A stretch of DNA of 64,000 nt from an uncultured Collinsella sp. (GCA_959026535.1 CAUFMB010000005.1:348-64347), one strand, 5' to 3'. Numbered from the stretch's first letter, positions 18,360 to 28,115 are shown. Made by a program: numbers and translations. The notes: generated by a model from the letters alone, not told the origin.

Positions 18360-19019
18360 ATGAGTCTCTCCGAGCTCTGGTCGCTCTATGGCCAGAACTA
18401 TATCGACGCGCTGCTAGCAACCTGGGGCATGACGCTTGAGTCGTTTGCCATCGCCATGGTGCTGGCCGTCGCCGTCACTGTGATGCGCGTGTCGCCGCTC
18501 AAGCCGCTGCGCGTCTTTGGCGACCTGTATGTCCAGGTCTTTCGTAACATCCCCGGCATCGCGCTGCTCATCATCGTCGTCTACGCGCTGCCGCCGCTCA
18601 AGGTCGTCCTGCCCTACCGCACCTGCGTTATCGTCGCCACGGTCCTTTTGGGCTCGGCCTTTGGCTCCGAGAACTTCATGAGCGGCATCAACACCGTTGG
18701 CGTCGGCCAGGTAGAAGCCGCACGTTCGCTCGGCATGAGTTTCAGCCGTATCCTCGCCAAGATCGTGATTCCGCAGGCGCTGCGCTCGAGCGTGTTGCCC
18801 ATGACCAACCTCTTTATCGCCGTCATGCTCACCACCGCACTCGGCAGCCAGGTGCCGCTTAAACCGCAGGAGCTCACCGGCGTGGTGAGCTACATCAACA
18901 CGCGCTCGCTCGGCGGCGTCGCCGCGTTCTTTATCTCGGCGCTCGGCTACCTGGGCACAGCCTTTGTGGTGAGCCACATTGGCAACCACATCGATAAGAA
19001 GGTGAGGATCCTCCGATGA
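18360..19019 (+). CDS. Amino-acid ABC transporter permease (His/Glu/Gln/Arg/opine family)
   Basis: EAA-loop-like GQVEAARSLGMSFSRILAKIVIPQALR. GGAGG RBS. Confidence 0.9.
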   Translation: MSLSELWSLYGQNYIDALLATWGMTLESFAIAMVLAVAVTVMRVSPLKPLRVFGDLYVQVFRNIPGIALLIIVVYALPPLKVVLPYRTCVIVATVLLGSAFGSENFMSGINTVGVGQVEAARSLGMSFSRILAKIVIPQALRSSVLPMTNLFIAVMLTTALGSQVPLKPQELTGVVSYINTRSLGGVAAFFISALGYLGTAFVVSHIGNHIDKKVRILR

Positions 19020-19849
19020 GCAAGCACTCCTCCCCTGCGCTTACCATGCGCGATGCGCTCTACGAGGCTCCCGGCCCCAAGATGCGCGCCAAGATTCGCA
19101 TCGGCACCGCCATCTCGCTTGTTGCCGTGGCCGCACTCGTCGTCCTGGTACTGCAGCGCTTTTATGTGACCGGCCAGCTTTCGGTCCACTATTGGTATTT
19201 CTTTACGCACCTCACCACCTGGAAGTTCCTGCTTGCCGGCTTTGAGGGCACCGTTAAAGTCGCACTCACCGCTGGCGCCATCGCACTGGTGCTGGGCCTA
19301 GGCCTTATGCTCGGCCGCACCAGCGACATTAAGCCGCTGCAGCTGGTCTGCCGCGTGCTCACCGATTTCTTCCGCGGCGTGCCGAGTCTGCTGTTCATCT
19401 ACTTCTTCTTTTTGGTGCTGCCCCAGTATAAGATCGCGCTGCCGTCGTTTTGGATGCTCACGCTTCCTGTCGCGCTCGCTGCAGCCGGCGTACTTGCCGA
19501 GATCTTCCGTGCCGGCGTCAACGCCGTGCCGCGCGGCCAGGTCGAAGCCGCCCAGGCGCTCGGTCTCTCCAAGGCTAAAATCACCTTTAAAATCGTGTTG
19601 CCTCAGGCTATTCGGTTTATTATTCCGTCGTTAATCTCACAACTTGTAGTCGTGGTCAAGGACACCACCGTCGCCTATGTGGTGAGCTACCCCGACCTCA
19701 TGCAAAATGCCCGCGTGCTCATTACCAACTACGATGCACTCGTATCGGTCTACCTGGTAATCGCGGTCATCTACATCCTCATCAACGTCGCGATCAACAA
19801 GGCCGCCGTCTACGTTTCGCACAAGACCGGCGCGACCATCATCCGCTAA
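19016..19849 (+). CDS. Amino-acid ABC transporter permease
   Basis: GQVEAAQALGLSKAKITFKIVLPQAIR. 4-nt overlap with the upstream permease. Confidence 0.9.
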   Translation: MSKHSSPALTMRDALYEAPGPKMRAKIRIGTAISLVAVAALVVLVLQRFYVTGQLSVHYWYFFTHLTTWKFLLAGFEGTVKVALTAGAIALVLGLGLMLGRTSDIKPLQLVCRVLTDFFRGVPSLLFIYFFFLVLPQYKIALPSFWMLTLPVALAAAGVLAEIFRAGVNAVPRGQVEAAQALGLSKAKITFKIVLPQAIRFIIPSLISQLVVVVKDTTVAYVVSYPDLMQNARVLITNYDALVSVYLVIAVIYILINVAINKAAVYVSHKTGATIIR

Positions 19850-19885
19850 CGCTTTACCATTTCGAGTCATAAGGAGCCGAGCACC

Positions 19886-20650
19886 ATGGCACAGAGCACC
19901 TCTTCCACCGGCAATCAGCCGCTGATCGAGCTCAAACACGTCGATAAGCACTATGGCGACCTGCACGTCCTCAACGACATCAATCTCTCGGTCGACCGCG
20001 GCGAGGTCGTCGTTGTAATTGGCCCCTCGGGCTCGGGCAAGTCGACCATGTGCCGCACCATCAACCGCCTGGAAACCATCGACTCGGGCGAGATCCTCAT
20101 CGAAGGCGAGCCCCTGCCGCAAGAAGGCAAGGACCTTGCCCGCATGCGCGCCGAACTGGGCATGGTGTTCCAACAGTTCAACCTGTTTGCACATATGACG
20201 GTGCTGCAGAACGTCATGCTGGGACCGGTCGATGTGCTGGGTGTCTCCAAAGACGAGGCCCGCGAGCGCGCCATGGACCTGCTGGGCCGCGTGGGTGTGG
20301 CCGAGCAGGCCGATAAGGTGCCCGCACAGCTCTCGGGCGGCCAGCAGCAGCGCGTAGCCATCGCCCGCTCGCTTGCCATGCAGCCCAAGGCCATGCTTTT
20401 TGACGAGCCCACGAGCGCCCTTGATCCCGAGATGATCAACGAGGTGCTCGAGGTCATGGTGCGCTTGGCGCAGCAGGGCATGACGATGATCGTCATCACG
20501 CACGAGATGAACTTTGCCCGCCGTGTGGCCGACCGCGTCGTCTTTATGGCCGACGGCCAGATCGTGGAAACCGGCACGCCCGACGAGTTCTTCGACCACC
20601 CCCAGACCAAGCGCGCCCAGGACTTCCTCAACTCCATCAAGGGCCACTAA
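19886..20650 (+). CDS. Amino-acid ABC transporter ATP-binding protein (GlnQ-like)
   Basis: Walker A GPSGSGKST, signature LSGGQQQRVAIAR, Walker B MLFDEPTSALD. Confidence 0.95.
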   Translation: MAQSTSSTGNQPLIELKHVDKHYGDLHVLNDINLSVDRGEVVVVIGPSGSGKSTMCRTINRLETIDSGEILIEGEPLPQEGKDLARMRAELGMVFQQFNLFAHMTVLQNVMLGPVDVLGVSKDEARERAMDLLGRVGVAEQADKVPAQLSGGQQQRVAIARSLAMQPKAMLFDEPTSALDPEMINEVLEVMVRLAQQGMTMIVITHEMNFARRVADRVVFMADGQIVETGTPDEFFDHPQTKRAQDFLNSIKGH

Positions 20651-20701
20651 CCAGACCGCCCACCCGCCAGCCATGCCCATCCAAACTCGAAAGTTACACC
20701 T

Positions 20702-21511
20702 ATGATCGGAACTCGCACTTCATCGTCATACACCCCGCACGTCGACGTCGCCCCCGCCGACCGCCCACTCATCCTCGTCGCACCGCGCTGGGAAGAGGCA
20801 GAGCCGTTTTTAACCGAGATGCTCTCCCCCAACGAGGAAATCGCAAGTGTCTTTGTCGATGCCATCCTTGCCGCTGGCGGCCTGCCGCTGCAGATGTCCA
20901 TCACCGAGGACATTGAGGTCATCCGTCATTACGTTGATATCGCCGACGGCATCGCCATCCCCGGCGGCCCCGACGTCAATCCCAAACGTTGGGGCGATGA
21001 TCGACCCTACGACCCCACCCTCTGCTGCGAGATCCGCGATAGCTTTGAGTTTAAGCTGGTCGGCGAGGTGCTTCGCGCCAAGAAGCCGCTCTTTACCACC
21101 TGCCGCGGCACGCAGCTGCTCAACGTCGCCACTGGCGGCACCCTGTGCATGGACGTGCCGAGCCTGGGCGCTCGCGAGGGCCGCACGCAGTGGCGCCACA
21201 CCCACGTGCTCAACGACCCCGTGCATCCCGTCGAGGTCGTGCCGGGCTCGTTGCTCGACCGCGCGGTTGGTGGCGCCAAGCTTATCCAGACCAACTCCGC
21301 ACACCACTGCTGCGTCGATTGTCTGGGTAAAAGCACGCGCTTGGTCGCCAAGGCAACCGACGGCGTTCCTGAGTGCATCGAGGTCGAAGGCCAGCCGTTC
21401 TGCCTGGGCGTGCAATGGCACCCTGAGTACACGTGGAAGACGCTCGAGACCGACTTTAACCTGTGGAAGTCGTTTGTCGAGGCAGCGGCAAAGGTTAAGC
21501 AGGCTCGCTAG
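20702..21511 (+). CDS. Class I glutamine amidotransferase-like / peptidase C26 (gamma-glutamyl hydrolase, PuuD-like)
   Basis: Nucleophile region TTCRGTQLLNV and GVQWHPE. Confidence 0.8.
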   Translation: MIGTRTSSSYTPHVDVAPADRPLILVAPRWEEAEPFLTEMLSPNEEIASVFVDAILAAGGLPLQMSITEDIEVIRHYVDIADGIAIPGGPDVNPKRWGDDRPYDPTLCCEIRDSFEFKLVGEVLRAKKPLFTTCRGTQLLNVATGGTLCMDVPSLGAREGRTQWRHTHVLNDPVHPVEVVPGSLLDRAVGGAKLIQTNSAHHCCVDCLGKSTRLVAKATDGVPECIEVEGQPFCLGVQWHPEYTWKTLETDFNLWKSFVEAAAKVKQAR

Positions 21512-21532
21512 TTCACGGACAGCACAACAGAT

Positions 21533-21573
21533 AAGGGTGCCCCGCCGGCCACATGGTCCGACGGGGCACCCTT
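21533..21573. terminator. Bidirectional terminator between convergent genes
   Basis: AAGGGTGCCCCG...CGGGGCACCCTT followed by TTACCTATTT. Confidence 0.6.
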
Positions 21574-21616
21574 TTACCTATTTGCTGCCGGCACGCAGCC
21601 CAAGGCTCGCAAGCTC

Positions 21617-21973
21617 TTATTCAGCCGCTTCGCGCAGGGCCGACATCGTAGCCGCATATTGCTGCTGCAGCGCATGCATCCCCTCGCGAGCGCCGTCAAC
21701 GGCATCGGCGCCGCGCAGCGCCTCGGTCACCACGACCGCCGGCTCGTACAGATTATCGAATCCCAGGTTCTGGCTCACGCCCTTGAGCGTGTGCGCTGCC
21801 ATAAACGCACCTTCGGCGTCTCCTGCCGCCATGGCGGCCTCCAGCTTGTCCATGCTCTCGTCATCCAAAAACTTGAGGGCAAAGCGGGCAAGCATTTCCT
21901 CGCCCATCAGCCGAGCGCACGCGTCATCATAATTAGCGCCGATCTTCTCATACGCCTCACGCATGGAAATCAT
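21617..21973 (-). CDS. Stand-alone Hpt (histidine phosphotransfer) domain protein
   Basis: 118 aa with AAHTLKGVSQNLG (the HxxKG phosphoacceptor motif). Confidence 0.8.
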   Translation of the reverse strand: MISMREAYEKIGANYDDACARLMGEEMLARFALKFLDDESMDKLEAAMAAGDAEGAFMAAHTLKGVSQNLGFDNLYEPAVVVTEALRGADAVDGAREGMHALQQQYAATMSALREAAE

Positions 21974-21996
21974 GGATTAAAACTCCTTTGGTCAAA

Positions 21997-23877
21997 CTAA
22001 ATCGTGGGAAACGCGACAACGTCGGCGGGGCGTGCCAACGTCTCGGCAATACGGTCTTGCACCTCGAGCAGGCAGTCGAGCAACAGCGGGTTAAACTCAC
22101 CGCACTTACCGTCCAAGATCATCTGGATAGCCTCCTTGTGCGGGATAGCATCCTTGTACACACGCACACTCGTCAGCGCATCGTACACGTCGGCCACCGA
22201 AACCACCTGTGCGGCGATGGGAATCTGGTTGCCCTTAAGGCCATCGGGATAGCCCTTGCCGTCCCAGCGCTCGTGATGCCAACGCGCAATCTGGTACGCA
22301 TATTCCATAAGCGCATTGCCGACGTGATGGCGGCCCAGCTCAAGCAACATGTCGGCGCCCATCGTGGTATGCGTCTTCATAATCTCGAACTCCTCGGACG
22401 TAAGGCGTCCGGGTTTGTTGAGAATCGCATCGTCAATCGCCATCTTGCCGATATCGTGCAGCGCCGAAGCCAGGGCAATCGTGGAGCGTTCCTCGTTGTC
22501 GAGGGAAATGGTGTCGCTACGCTGGACCAGACAGCCAAGCAGCAGCTCGGTCAGCTTTTCGATATTCGTAACGTGCCTGCCGCTCTCGCCATTGCGAAGT
22601 TCCATGACACCGGCCATGATGTCGATGAGCATGCGACTGTTCTTGACGCGCTCGTTGTACTGCTGGGACAGCAGGCTCGTCAGGCGGCGCTGTTTGGCGT
22701 ACAGACGGATGGTGTTGCTTACACGGCGGCGCACGACACGGGAGTCAAACGGGCGGCTGATATAGTCCGAGGCGCCCAGCTCGTACGCGCGCAGAACCAC
22801 ATCGTCGGAATCTTCGCTCGAGATCATGATGACAGGTAGTTTGTCAACAACCGATCGGCGCGACAGATCGGCCAGCACCTCAAAGCCGCTCACGTCCGGC
22901 ATGACAATGTCCAGTAGCACGAGCGACAACTCATCGCCATAGCGGTCGACCATATCGAGCGCCGTACGACCGTTATCAGCCTCGAGGATGCAATACTCGT
23001 CCTTGAGCATCTCGCTGAGAATGGCTCGGTTCATCTCGGAGTCATCGACAATAAGCACCAAAGGCTTTTCGCTTTGGAAGGCCTCGATGGAATCGGCATC
23101 GGTCACGACCGTACCGGCTTTTGCCTTAGCGCGGCTCAATAACTGGACAGCGCGGCCAACGCCCTCATCGACCGTCTCGCCATGAATGCGAACGCCACCA
23201 ACACATGCCGTCAAGCTCACGTACTCATGGCCCGGAATAATCGTGGAATGAACGGCTTCGGATACCTGATGCAGGCGACGGGTGAAGTCATCGGAGGGAA
23301 TATTGGGCATGACAACCACAAACTTGTCGCAGCCATAGCGCACAAGCTCGTCAGTCGAACGAATTCCGCTGCGTATGGCTGTCGCCACAGCACCGAGTGC
23401 AAGGTCGCCGGCATGACGGCCACACGTATCGTTGAAGACCCTAAAATCATCAAGGTCGATCATCGCAACACCGGCCTTCATGCGGGCGCTACGGAGCTTT
23501 TCTTCGTAATATCGGCGATTGCGCACATTCGTCAGCACGTCGGTGTAGACAAGGTCCTCTTCTGCAGCCTCTTGCCCATCGATCGGACGCACCATCAGCA
23601 AGACATGAGGCTCGCCCTCGACCTTTAGAGGGCGCAGACGGGCGCGGTACTCAACACCATCGTTGAGCAGTTGCTCCGACACCTCATCGGAATCTGTTAA
23701 GGCCTCAAGACTCGACTGACGCAGACAAGGGCAGCGATCGCCGGCGAGCAGGCAGTTAGGCTCGCTCTTAATCTGATCGGCCGACAGCAAACGTACCACG
23801 GGGTAGGTCCTTGCGACACGGGCGACCTCGGCGGCAGCCTCCTCGTCGGTTAGATTGACCTCGTGATTATTGAGCAT
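21997..23877 (-). CDS. Multidomain signalling protein: N-terminal Cys-containing region, degenerate GGDEF, REC receiver, HD-GYP phosphodiesterase
   Basis: GGDEF-type NRRYYEE...IDLDDFRVFND...RYGCDKF (signature degenerate). REC LVLIVDDSEMNR...LLDIVMPDVSG. HD-GYP HDIGKMAI...HHERWDGKGYPDGL. Start set at MLNNHEV (GAAAGGG RBS); the track ORF extends to 24108. Confidence 0.85.
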   Translation of the reverse strand: MLNNHEVNLTDEEAAAEVARVARTYPVVRLLSADQIKSEPNCLLAGDRCPCLRQSSLEALTDSDEVSEQLLNDGVEYRARLRPLKVEGEPHVLLMVRPIDGQEAAEEDLVYTDVLTNVRNRRYYEEKLRSARMKAGVAMIDLDDFRVFNDTCGRHAGDLALGAVATAIRSGIRSTDELVRYGCDKFVVVMPNIPSDDFTRRLHQVSEAVHSTIIPGHEYVSLTACVGGVRIHGETVDEGVGRAVQLLSRAKAKAGTVVTDADSIEAFQSEKPLVLIVDDSEMNRAILSEMLKDEYCILEADNGRTALDMVDRYGDELSLVLLDIVMPDVSGFEVLADLSRRSVVDKLPVIMISSEDSDDVVLRAYELGASDYISRPFDSRVVRRRVSNTIRLYAKQRRLTSLLSQQYNERVKNSRMLIDIMAGVMELRNGESGRHVTNIEKLTELLLGCLVQRSDTISLDNEERSTIALASALHDIGKMAIDDAILNKPGRLTSEEFEIMKTHTTMGADMLLELGRHHVGNALMEYAYQIARWHHERWDGKGYPDGLKGNQIPIAAQVVSVADVYDALTSVRVYKDAIPHKEAIQMILDGKCGEFNPLLLDCLLEVQDRIAETLARPADVVAFPTI

Positions 23878-24088
23878 ACGGGGCCCTTTCGATAGTTTCG
23901 CATGGAGCGGTGGGTTCCAAATGTTACAAGGGTAACACCTTGTCGATGCAGGTAGGCACGTGAATGCTGTTACATTTTTATGAGTTGGCAGACGGCGCGA
24001 TTGAAGCCGCAGGCGTGAGGTTTTGAGCACGTTTGTTAACACGGCCGAAACGTTTGCGGATGAAGCCTGTTTTGTTTTTTTGCAGCTG

Positions 24089-24886
24089 CTAGAACCCCAG
24101 GATGCCACGGACAGTCTGGGCAGCCGCTGCCGGGCGATCGCGCAGGCCGTTGTGCGCGCCGGGAATCGTTACGAGGGGGCAATCCAAAAGCTCAGCCGCC
24201 ATCCTCGTACCCGCCTCGCGGGGCGTGCCAATCGAAAGCTCGCCCAAAAGCACGGCGGCCACCGTTTTCGACGCGCGAACGCTATCCCAATCGGGAACGC
24301 AGGTCATAGTAATCCCGTATTCGTTCGCCATGAAACTGCGGCCGTTGCGCAGGGCATGCTTGGCTTCTGCCTCGGTTAACTTGGGGGCCTCAGGGTCCGA
24401 ATCGCCGATGGCGCCCAGGAAGGCCCGTAATGCCCTGGAGACCTTTCCTGCGGCGATCATCTCGAGCAAAACCGGGGCCGCGCCCAGACCGGCACCCTCA
24501 TCCGTCACGGCGGGTTCATGCAGAATCGCACGCGAGATTATGGCGGGGTTTGCACGGAGAAGCTCCAGGGCCACCAGCGTACCGGCACTGTGCGCGAGCA
24601 CGTTTACCGGAGCGCCAATATGCTCGATAACAGCTTGCAGGTCGGCGGCTTGGGCGGCGAGGTCGTAGCGTCCGTCTGCAGCGTCGCCACTCTCGCCGCA
24701 ACCGCGGCGGTCGTAGGCAATGACGCGATAGTCGCAGGCGAGCTCGCGGGCGATACCGTCAAAAAAGACACCGTCGACGCAGGCACCGTGCACGCACACC
24801 AAGGCGGGTGCATCGGACGATACAACCGGGCCGGCATACTCGCGGCAGGCGATCGTAGTGCCCGCATTCTCGACCGTAAAATCCAT
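24089..24886 (-). CDS. Alpha/beta-fold hydrolase
   Basis: LVCVHGACVDG, RRGCGES, and nucleophile-elbow-like LAHSAGT. Confidence 0.8.
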   Translation of the reverse strand: MDFTVENAGTTIACREYAGPVVSSDAPALVCVHGACVDGVFFDGIARELACDYRVIAYDRRGCGESGDAADGRYDLAAQAADLQAVIEHIGAPVNVLAHSAGTLVALELLRANPAIISRAILHEPAVTDEGAGLGAAPVLLEMIAAGKVSRALRAFLGAIGDSDPEAPKLTEAEAKHALRNGRSFMANEYGITMTCVPDWDSVRASKTVAAVLLGELSIGTPREAGTRMAAELLDCPLVTIPGAHNGLRDRPAAAAQTVRGILGF

Positions 24887-25105
24887 ACTGTGTTCCCATC
24901 GTCAACGCCCATCCAGTTGCACGTCAGTACGGCTAGATGGACCCGCATTGCCTTACAGCTTGTTAACAGATTAACTGTACCCGACCCAAGGCTTTTCATG
25001 GCACGGCATAATGAGCGACGTGAAAAAACGAAACTTGTAAAGCAAGAGCCCGCACCTTGCTTTGGAGCCGATGCTATGCTTAGGCACAATTGTCTTGAGG
25101 AGCAT

Positions 25106-25888
25106 ATGCCTATGTCTACGTTTTTGAATGCCAGCCCCATCTTTGGGCCCGTTCGCAGCCGTCGCCTTGGTCTCTCGCTCGGCGTCAACATGATGCCGGC
25201 CAGCGGCAAGATCTGCACGTTCGACTGCATTTACTGCGAAAACGGCCTCAACGCCGAGCGCCCCTGCCACGAGCCGTACAACACAGCTACCGTGGTACTC
25301 GACGCGCTCGAGGCAAAGCTGTGCGAGATGGCAGCCGAGGGCGAGCTCCCCGATGTGATCACCTTCGCAGGCAACGGCGAGCCCACCGCCGCACCGGAGT
25401 TTCCGCAGGCCATCGCCGGCGCCGTCGCGCTGCGCGACGAGCTTGCCCCAAACACCAAGATTACCGTGCTTTCCAACGGCACACGCGCCGACCGTCCCCA
25501 TGTACACGATGCGCTCATGATGGTTGATGACAATATCCTCAAGCTCGATACGGTCGACTTGGCATTTATCCAGCTGCTCGATCAACCCGTTGGCCCCTAC
25601 GATGTGGAGCACCAGATCGAGACGTTCACGAGCTTTGACAGTCATGTCATTATCCAGACGATCTTTTTGACCGGCGAGTATCAGGGCAAGCTCATCGACA
25701 ACACCGGCGAGGAATACGTCGGCCCTTGGCTCGCGGCGCTCGAGCGTATTCGCCCGCAGGAGGCGACCATCTACACGGTGGCGCGCGAGACACCGGTCGC
25801 CGGCCTTGCCAAAGCAGCGCCCGAGGTGCTCGACGCCATTGCCGCGCGCGTGCGCGCCCTCGGCATCCCCTGCCAGGTGAGCTACTAG
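25106..25888 (+). CDS. Radical SAM protein
   Basis: GPVRSRRLGLSLGVNMMPASGKICTFDCIYCE (CX3CX2C). GAGGAG RBS. The start is the ATG at 25106 or 25112. The track ORF start at 24518 is antisense to the hydrolase gene. Confidence 0.8.
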   Translation: MPMSTFLNASPIFGPVRSRRLGLSLGVNMMPASGKICTFDCIYCENGLNAERPCHEPYNTATVVLDALEAKLCEMAAEGELPDVITFAGNGEPTAAPEFPQAIAGAVALRDELAPNTKITVLSNGTRADRPHVHDALMMVDDNILKLDTVDLAFIQLLDQPVGPYDVEHQIETFTSFDSHVIIQTIFLTGEYQGKLIDNTGEEYVGPWLAALERIRPQEATIYTVARETPVAGLAKAAPEVLDAIAARVRALGIPCQVSY

Positions 25889-25929
25889 CAAAACCACGCA
25901 GCAGCTAGCACCCGCCATCCCGCCCCATC

Positions 25930-25996
25930 AGTTGCGGTGATATAGTTCCTATTTGTGCTGTTAAACCGCTTTAATCGGAACTATATCACCGCAACT
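25930..25996 (+). repeat. 67-nt hairpin repeat, copy 1 (AGTTGCGGTGATATAGTTCC...GGAACTATATCACCGCAACT)
   Basis: 20-bp stem. The related copy at 47527-47593 has paired differences between the two arms. Confidence 0.75.
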
Positions 25997-26048
25997 TTTA
26001 TGGACGCATGGGTGGGCTATACTAGCTGCGGATGAAAGGAAGTTAGCC

Positions 26049-26936
26049 ATGTATGACAAAGGACCCGTACCCGGCCGCAACGACGCTTGCTGGTGCGGCA
26101 GCGGCAAAAAATATAAGAAATGTCACAGCAGCTTCGACGAGCGCCTCGAGCGCCTGTGGGAGGAGGGCTGGGAGGTTCTGCCCCGCACGCTCTACAAGAC
26201 GCCCGCCGACATCGAGGGCATCAAGCGCTCCGCCGCCATCAACGTGGGCGTGCTCGACTACGTAGGCGAGCACATCGCCGCGGGCATGACCACCAACCAG
26301 ATCGACCAGATGATCTACGACTACACCGTCGAGCACGGTGGCACGCCGGCCGACCTCAACTACGAGGGCTACCCCAAGAGCGTGTGCACCTCGATCAATG
26401 ACGTGGTCTGCCACGGCATCCCCTGCGATACGGACGTGCTGCACGAGGGCGACATCATCAACGTGGACTGCTCCACGATCCTAGACGGCTACTTTAGCGA
26501 CTCGAGCCGCATGTTCTGCATCGGCGAGGTCTCGGCCGAGCGCCAGCGCCTGGTCGACGTCACCCGCGCCAGCGTGGAGGCGGGCCTGGCGGCCGTCAAG
26601 CCATGGCTGCCGCTGTCCGTTATGGCCGAGGCCGTACAAAAGACGGTCGAGGACGCCGGCTTTAGCGTGGTGCGCGAGTACGGCGGACACGGCATCGGTA
26701 AGGAGTTCCACGAGGACCCGTTTGTGGGCTTTACCACCGAGGCACCCGATGTGGACACCATCATGGCTCCGGGCATGGTCTTTACCATCGAGCCCATGGT
26801 CAATGCCGGATCGCCCGACATCAAGATTAGCAAGGGTGACGGCTGGTGCGTGCGCACCAAGGACGGCAGCGATTCGGCCCAGTGCGAGGTACAGCTCGTG
26901 GTGACCGAGGACGGCTACGAGCTGCTGAGCTGGTAG
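26049..26936 (+). CDS. map: Type I methionine aminopeptidase with N-terminal SEC-C zinc-binding motif
   Basis: CWCGSGKKYKKCH followed by MetAP motifs (VCHGIP, DIINVD, GHGIG, FTIEP). Confidence 0.95.
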   Translation: MYDKGPVPGRNDACWCGSGKKYKKCHSSFDERLERLWEEGWEVLPRTLYKTPADIEGIKRSAAINVGVLDYVGEHIAAGMTTNQIDQMIYDYTVEHGGTPADLNYEGYPKSVCTSINDVVCHGIPCDTDVLHEGDIINVDCSTILDGYFSDSSRMFCIGEVSAERQRLVDVTRASVEAGLAAVKPWLPLSVMAEAVQKTVEDAGFSVVREYGGHGIGKEFHEDPFVGFTTEAPDVDTIMAPGMVFTIEPMVNAGSPDIKISKGDGWCVRTKDGSDSAQCEVQLVVTEDGYELLSW

Positions 26937-26945
26937 CCGTGGATG

Positions 26946-26993
26946 CGCCGGATGCTGACGGGCACGCTCGTCTTGCATCCGGCGTTTTTATTT
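26946..26993 (+). terminator. Rho-independent terminator of map
   Basis: CGCCGGATGC...GCATCCGGCG followed by TTTTTATTT. Confidence 0.75.
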
Positions 26994-27007
26994 GAACGTT
27001 TTGCCTG

Positions 27008-27047
27008 ATAAAACCTGCCAAAATAAACCTGTCCCCTTTTGGCAGGT
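27008..27047 (+). repeat. Copy 2 of the 40-nt upstream element (ATAAAACCTGCCAAAATAAACCTGTCCCCTTTTGGCAGGT)
   Basis: Perfect 11-bp stem ACCTGCCAAAA/TTTTGGCAGGT. 19 nt upstream of the dehydrogenase GTG start. Confidence 0.85.
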
Positions 27048-27066
27048 CGAGCGGAGAGGACTGCTT

Positions 27067-28002
27067 GTGAACATCCTGGTTTTGCTGCCCGTCAATGACC
27101 GCCATCGCGCAATTCTTGAGTCGAGCGCTCCGGGCGAGGACTTTATCTACACGAGCTCCGACGCCGCCACGCGCGAGCAGGTCGCCGATGCCGACGTGAT
27201 CTTGGGCAACATCGACCCTGACATGCTCACGGCATGCGAACATCTCCAGCTGTTGCAATTGCAGACCGCTGGCTATGACGATTACTTGGCCGCCGGCACC
27301 GTGCCGGTCGACGCCAAATTGTCTTGCTCGGTGGGCGCCTACGGCCAGGCCGTAAGCGAGCACATGTTTGCCATGGTCCTTTCCATGATGAAGCGCCTGC
27401 CCGGCTACCAGGACTTGCAGCGCGAGCATCGCTGGGAGGATTTGGGCCCGGTTACCTCGCTCAATAACGCCAACGTGCTGGTGCTGGGCGCGGGCGATAT
27501 CGGCGGCCACTTTGCCACGCTCTGCCGCAGCATGGGTGCGCACGTCCGCGGCATAAAGCGCCATCCGCTCGTCTACCCCATTGTGTTTGAGGACATGGAC
27601 GGCATGGACGCTCTGCCCGAGCGCCTGGCCGAGGCAGACGTCGTCGCATCCTTCATGCCGAGCACGCCCGAGACCCGCGGCCTGGCGAACGCCGAGTTCT
27701 TCGCCACGATGAAGCCGGGCGCTTTCTTTGCCAACGGCGGCCGCGGCGACCTTGTGGTCGCCGACGACTTGGTTGCCGCCCTGGAGTCGGGACATCTCGC
27801 CGGCGCCGCGGTCGACGTCACCGACCCCGAGCCGCTGCCTGAGACAAGCCCTCTGTGGGATGCGCCTAACATGCTCATCACGCCGCACGTCTCTGGCTGG
27901 TTCCACCTGGCCGCCACGCTCAACAACGTCATCGACATCGCCGCGGAGAATCTGCGTCACCTGCAGGCCGGCGAGACCCTGCGCTGCTGGATCGAACATT
28001 AG
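27067..28002 (+). CDS. D-isomer-specific 2-hydroxyacid dehydrogenase family protein
   Basis: VLVLGAGDIGGHFA, GGRGDLV, ITPHVSG. Start set at the GTG at 27067 (GGAGAGGA RBS). The track ORF start at 26992 runs through the repeat. Confidence 0.85.
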   Translation: MNILVLLPVNDRHRAILESSAPGEDFIYTSSDAATREQVADADVILGNIDPDMLTACEHLQLLQLQTAGYDDYLAAGTVPVDAKLSCSVGAYGQAVSEHMFAMVLSMMKRLPGYQDLQREHRWEDLGPVTSLNNANVLVLGAGDIGGHFATLCRSMGAHVRGIKRHPLVYPIVFEDMDGMDALPERLAEADVVASFMPSTPETRGLANAEFFATMKPGAFFANGGRGDLVVADDLVAALESGHLAGAAVDVTDPEPLPETSPLWDAPNMLITPHVSGWFHLAATLNNVIDIAAENLRHLQAGETLRCWIEH

Positions 28003-28077
28003 GGTTCCGCCGTTCTAACGAACGTCGGACCGGTCGACGCTGCGAGCCCGCCGTTTGGCCAATCTGCCGTTCAATTT

Positions 28078-28115
28078 CAAAGGCGCGACCAGAAGGTCAG
28101 CGCCTTTTCATTTCA
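28078..28115. terminator. Bidirectional terminator nested in a larger inverted repeat
   Basis: AAAGGCGCGACC-agaa-GGTCAGCGCCTTTTCATTT. T/A-rich tails on both strands. Confidence 0.65.

Noticed and set aside
24518-25105. N-terminal 196 codons of the 456-aa ORF containing the radical SAM protein
   Set aside because: This part is antisense to the alpha/beta hydrolase gene and crosses the divergent promoter region. Radical SAM homology and a GAGGAG RBS begin at 25106/25112.
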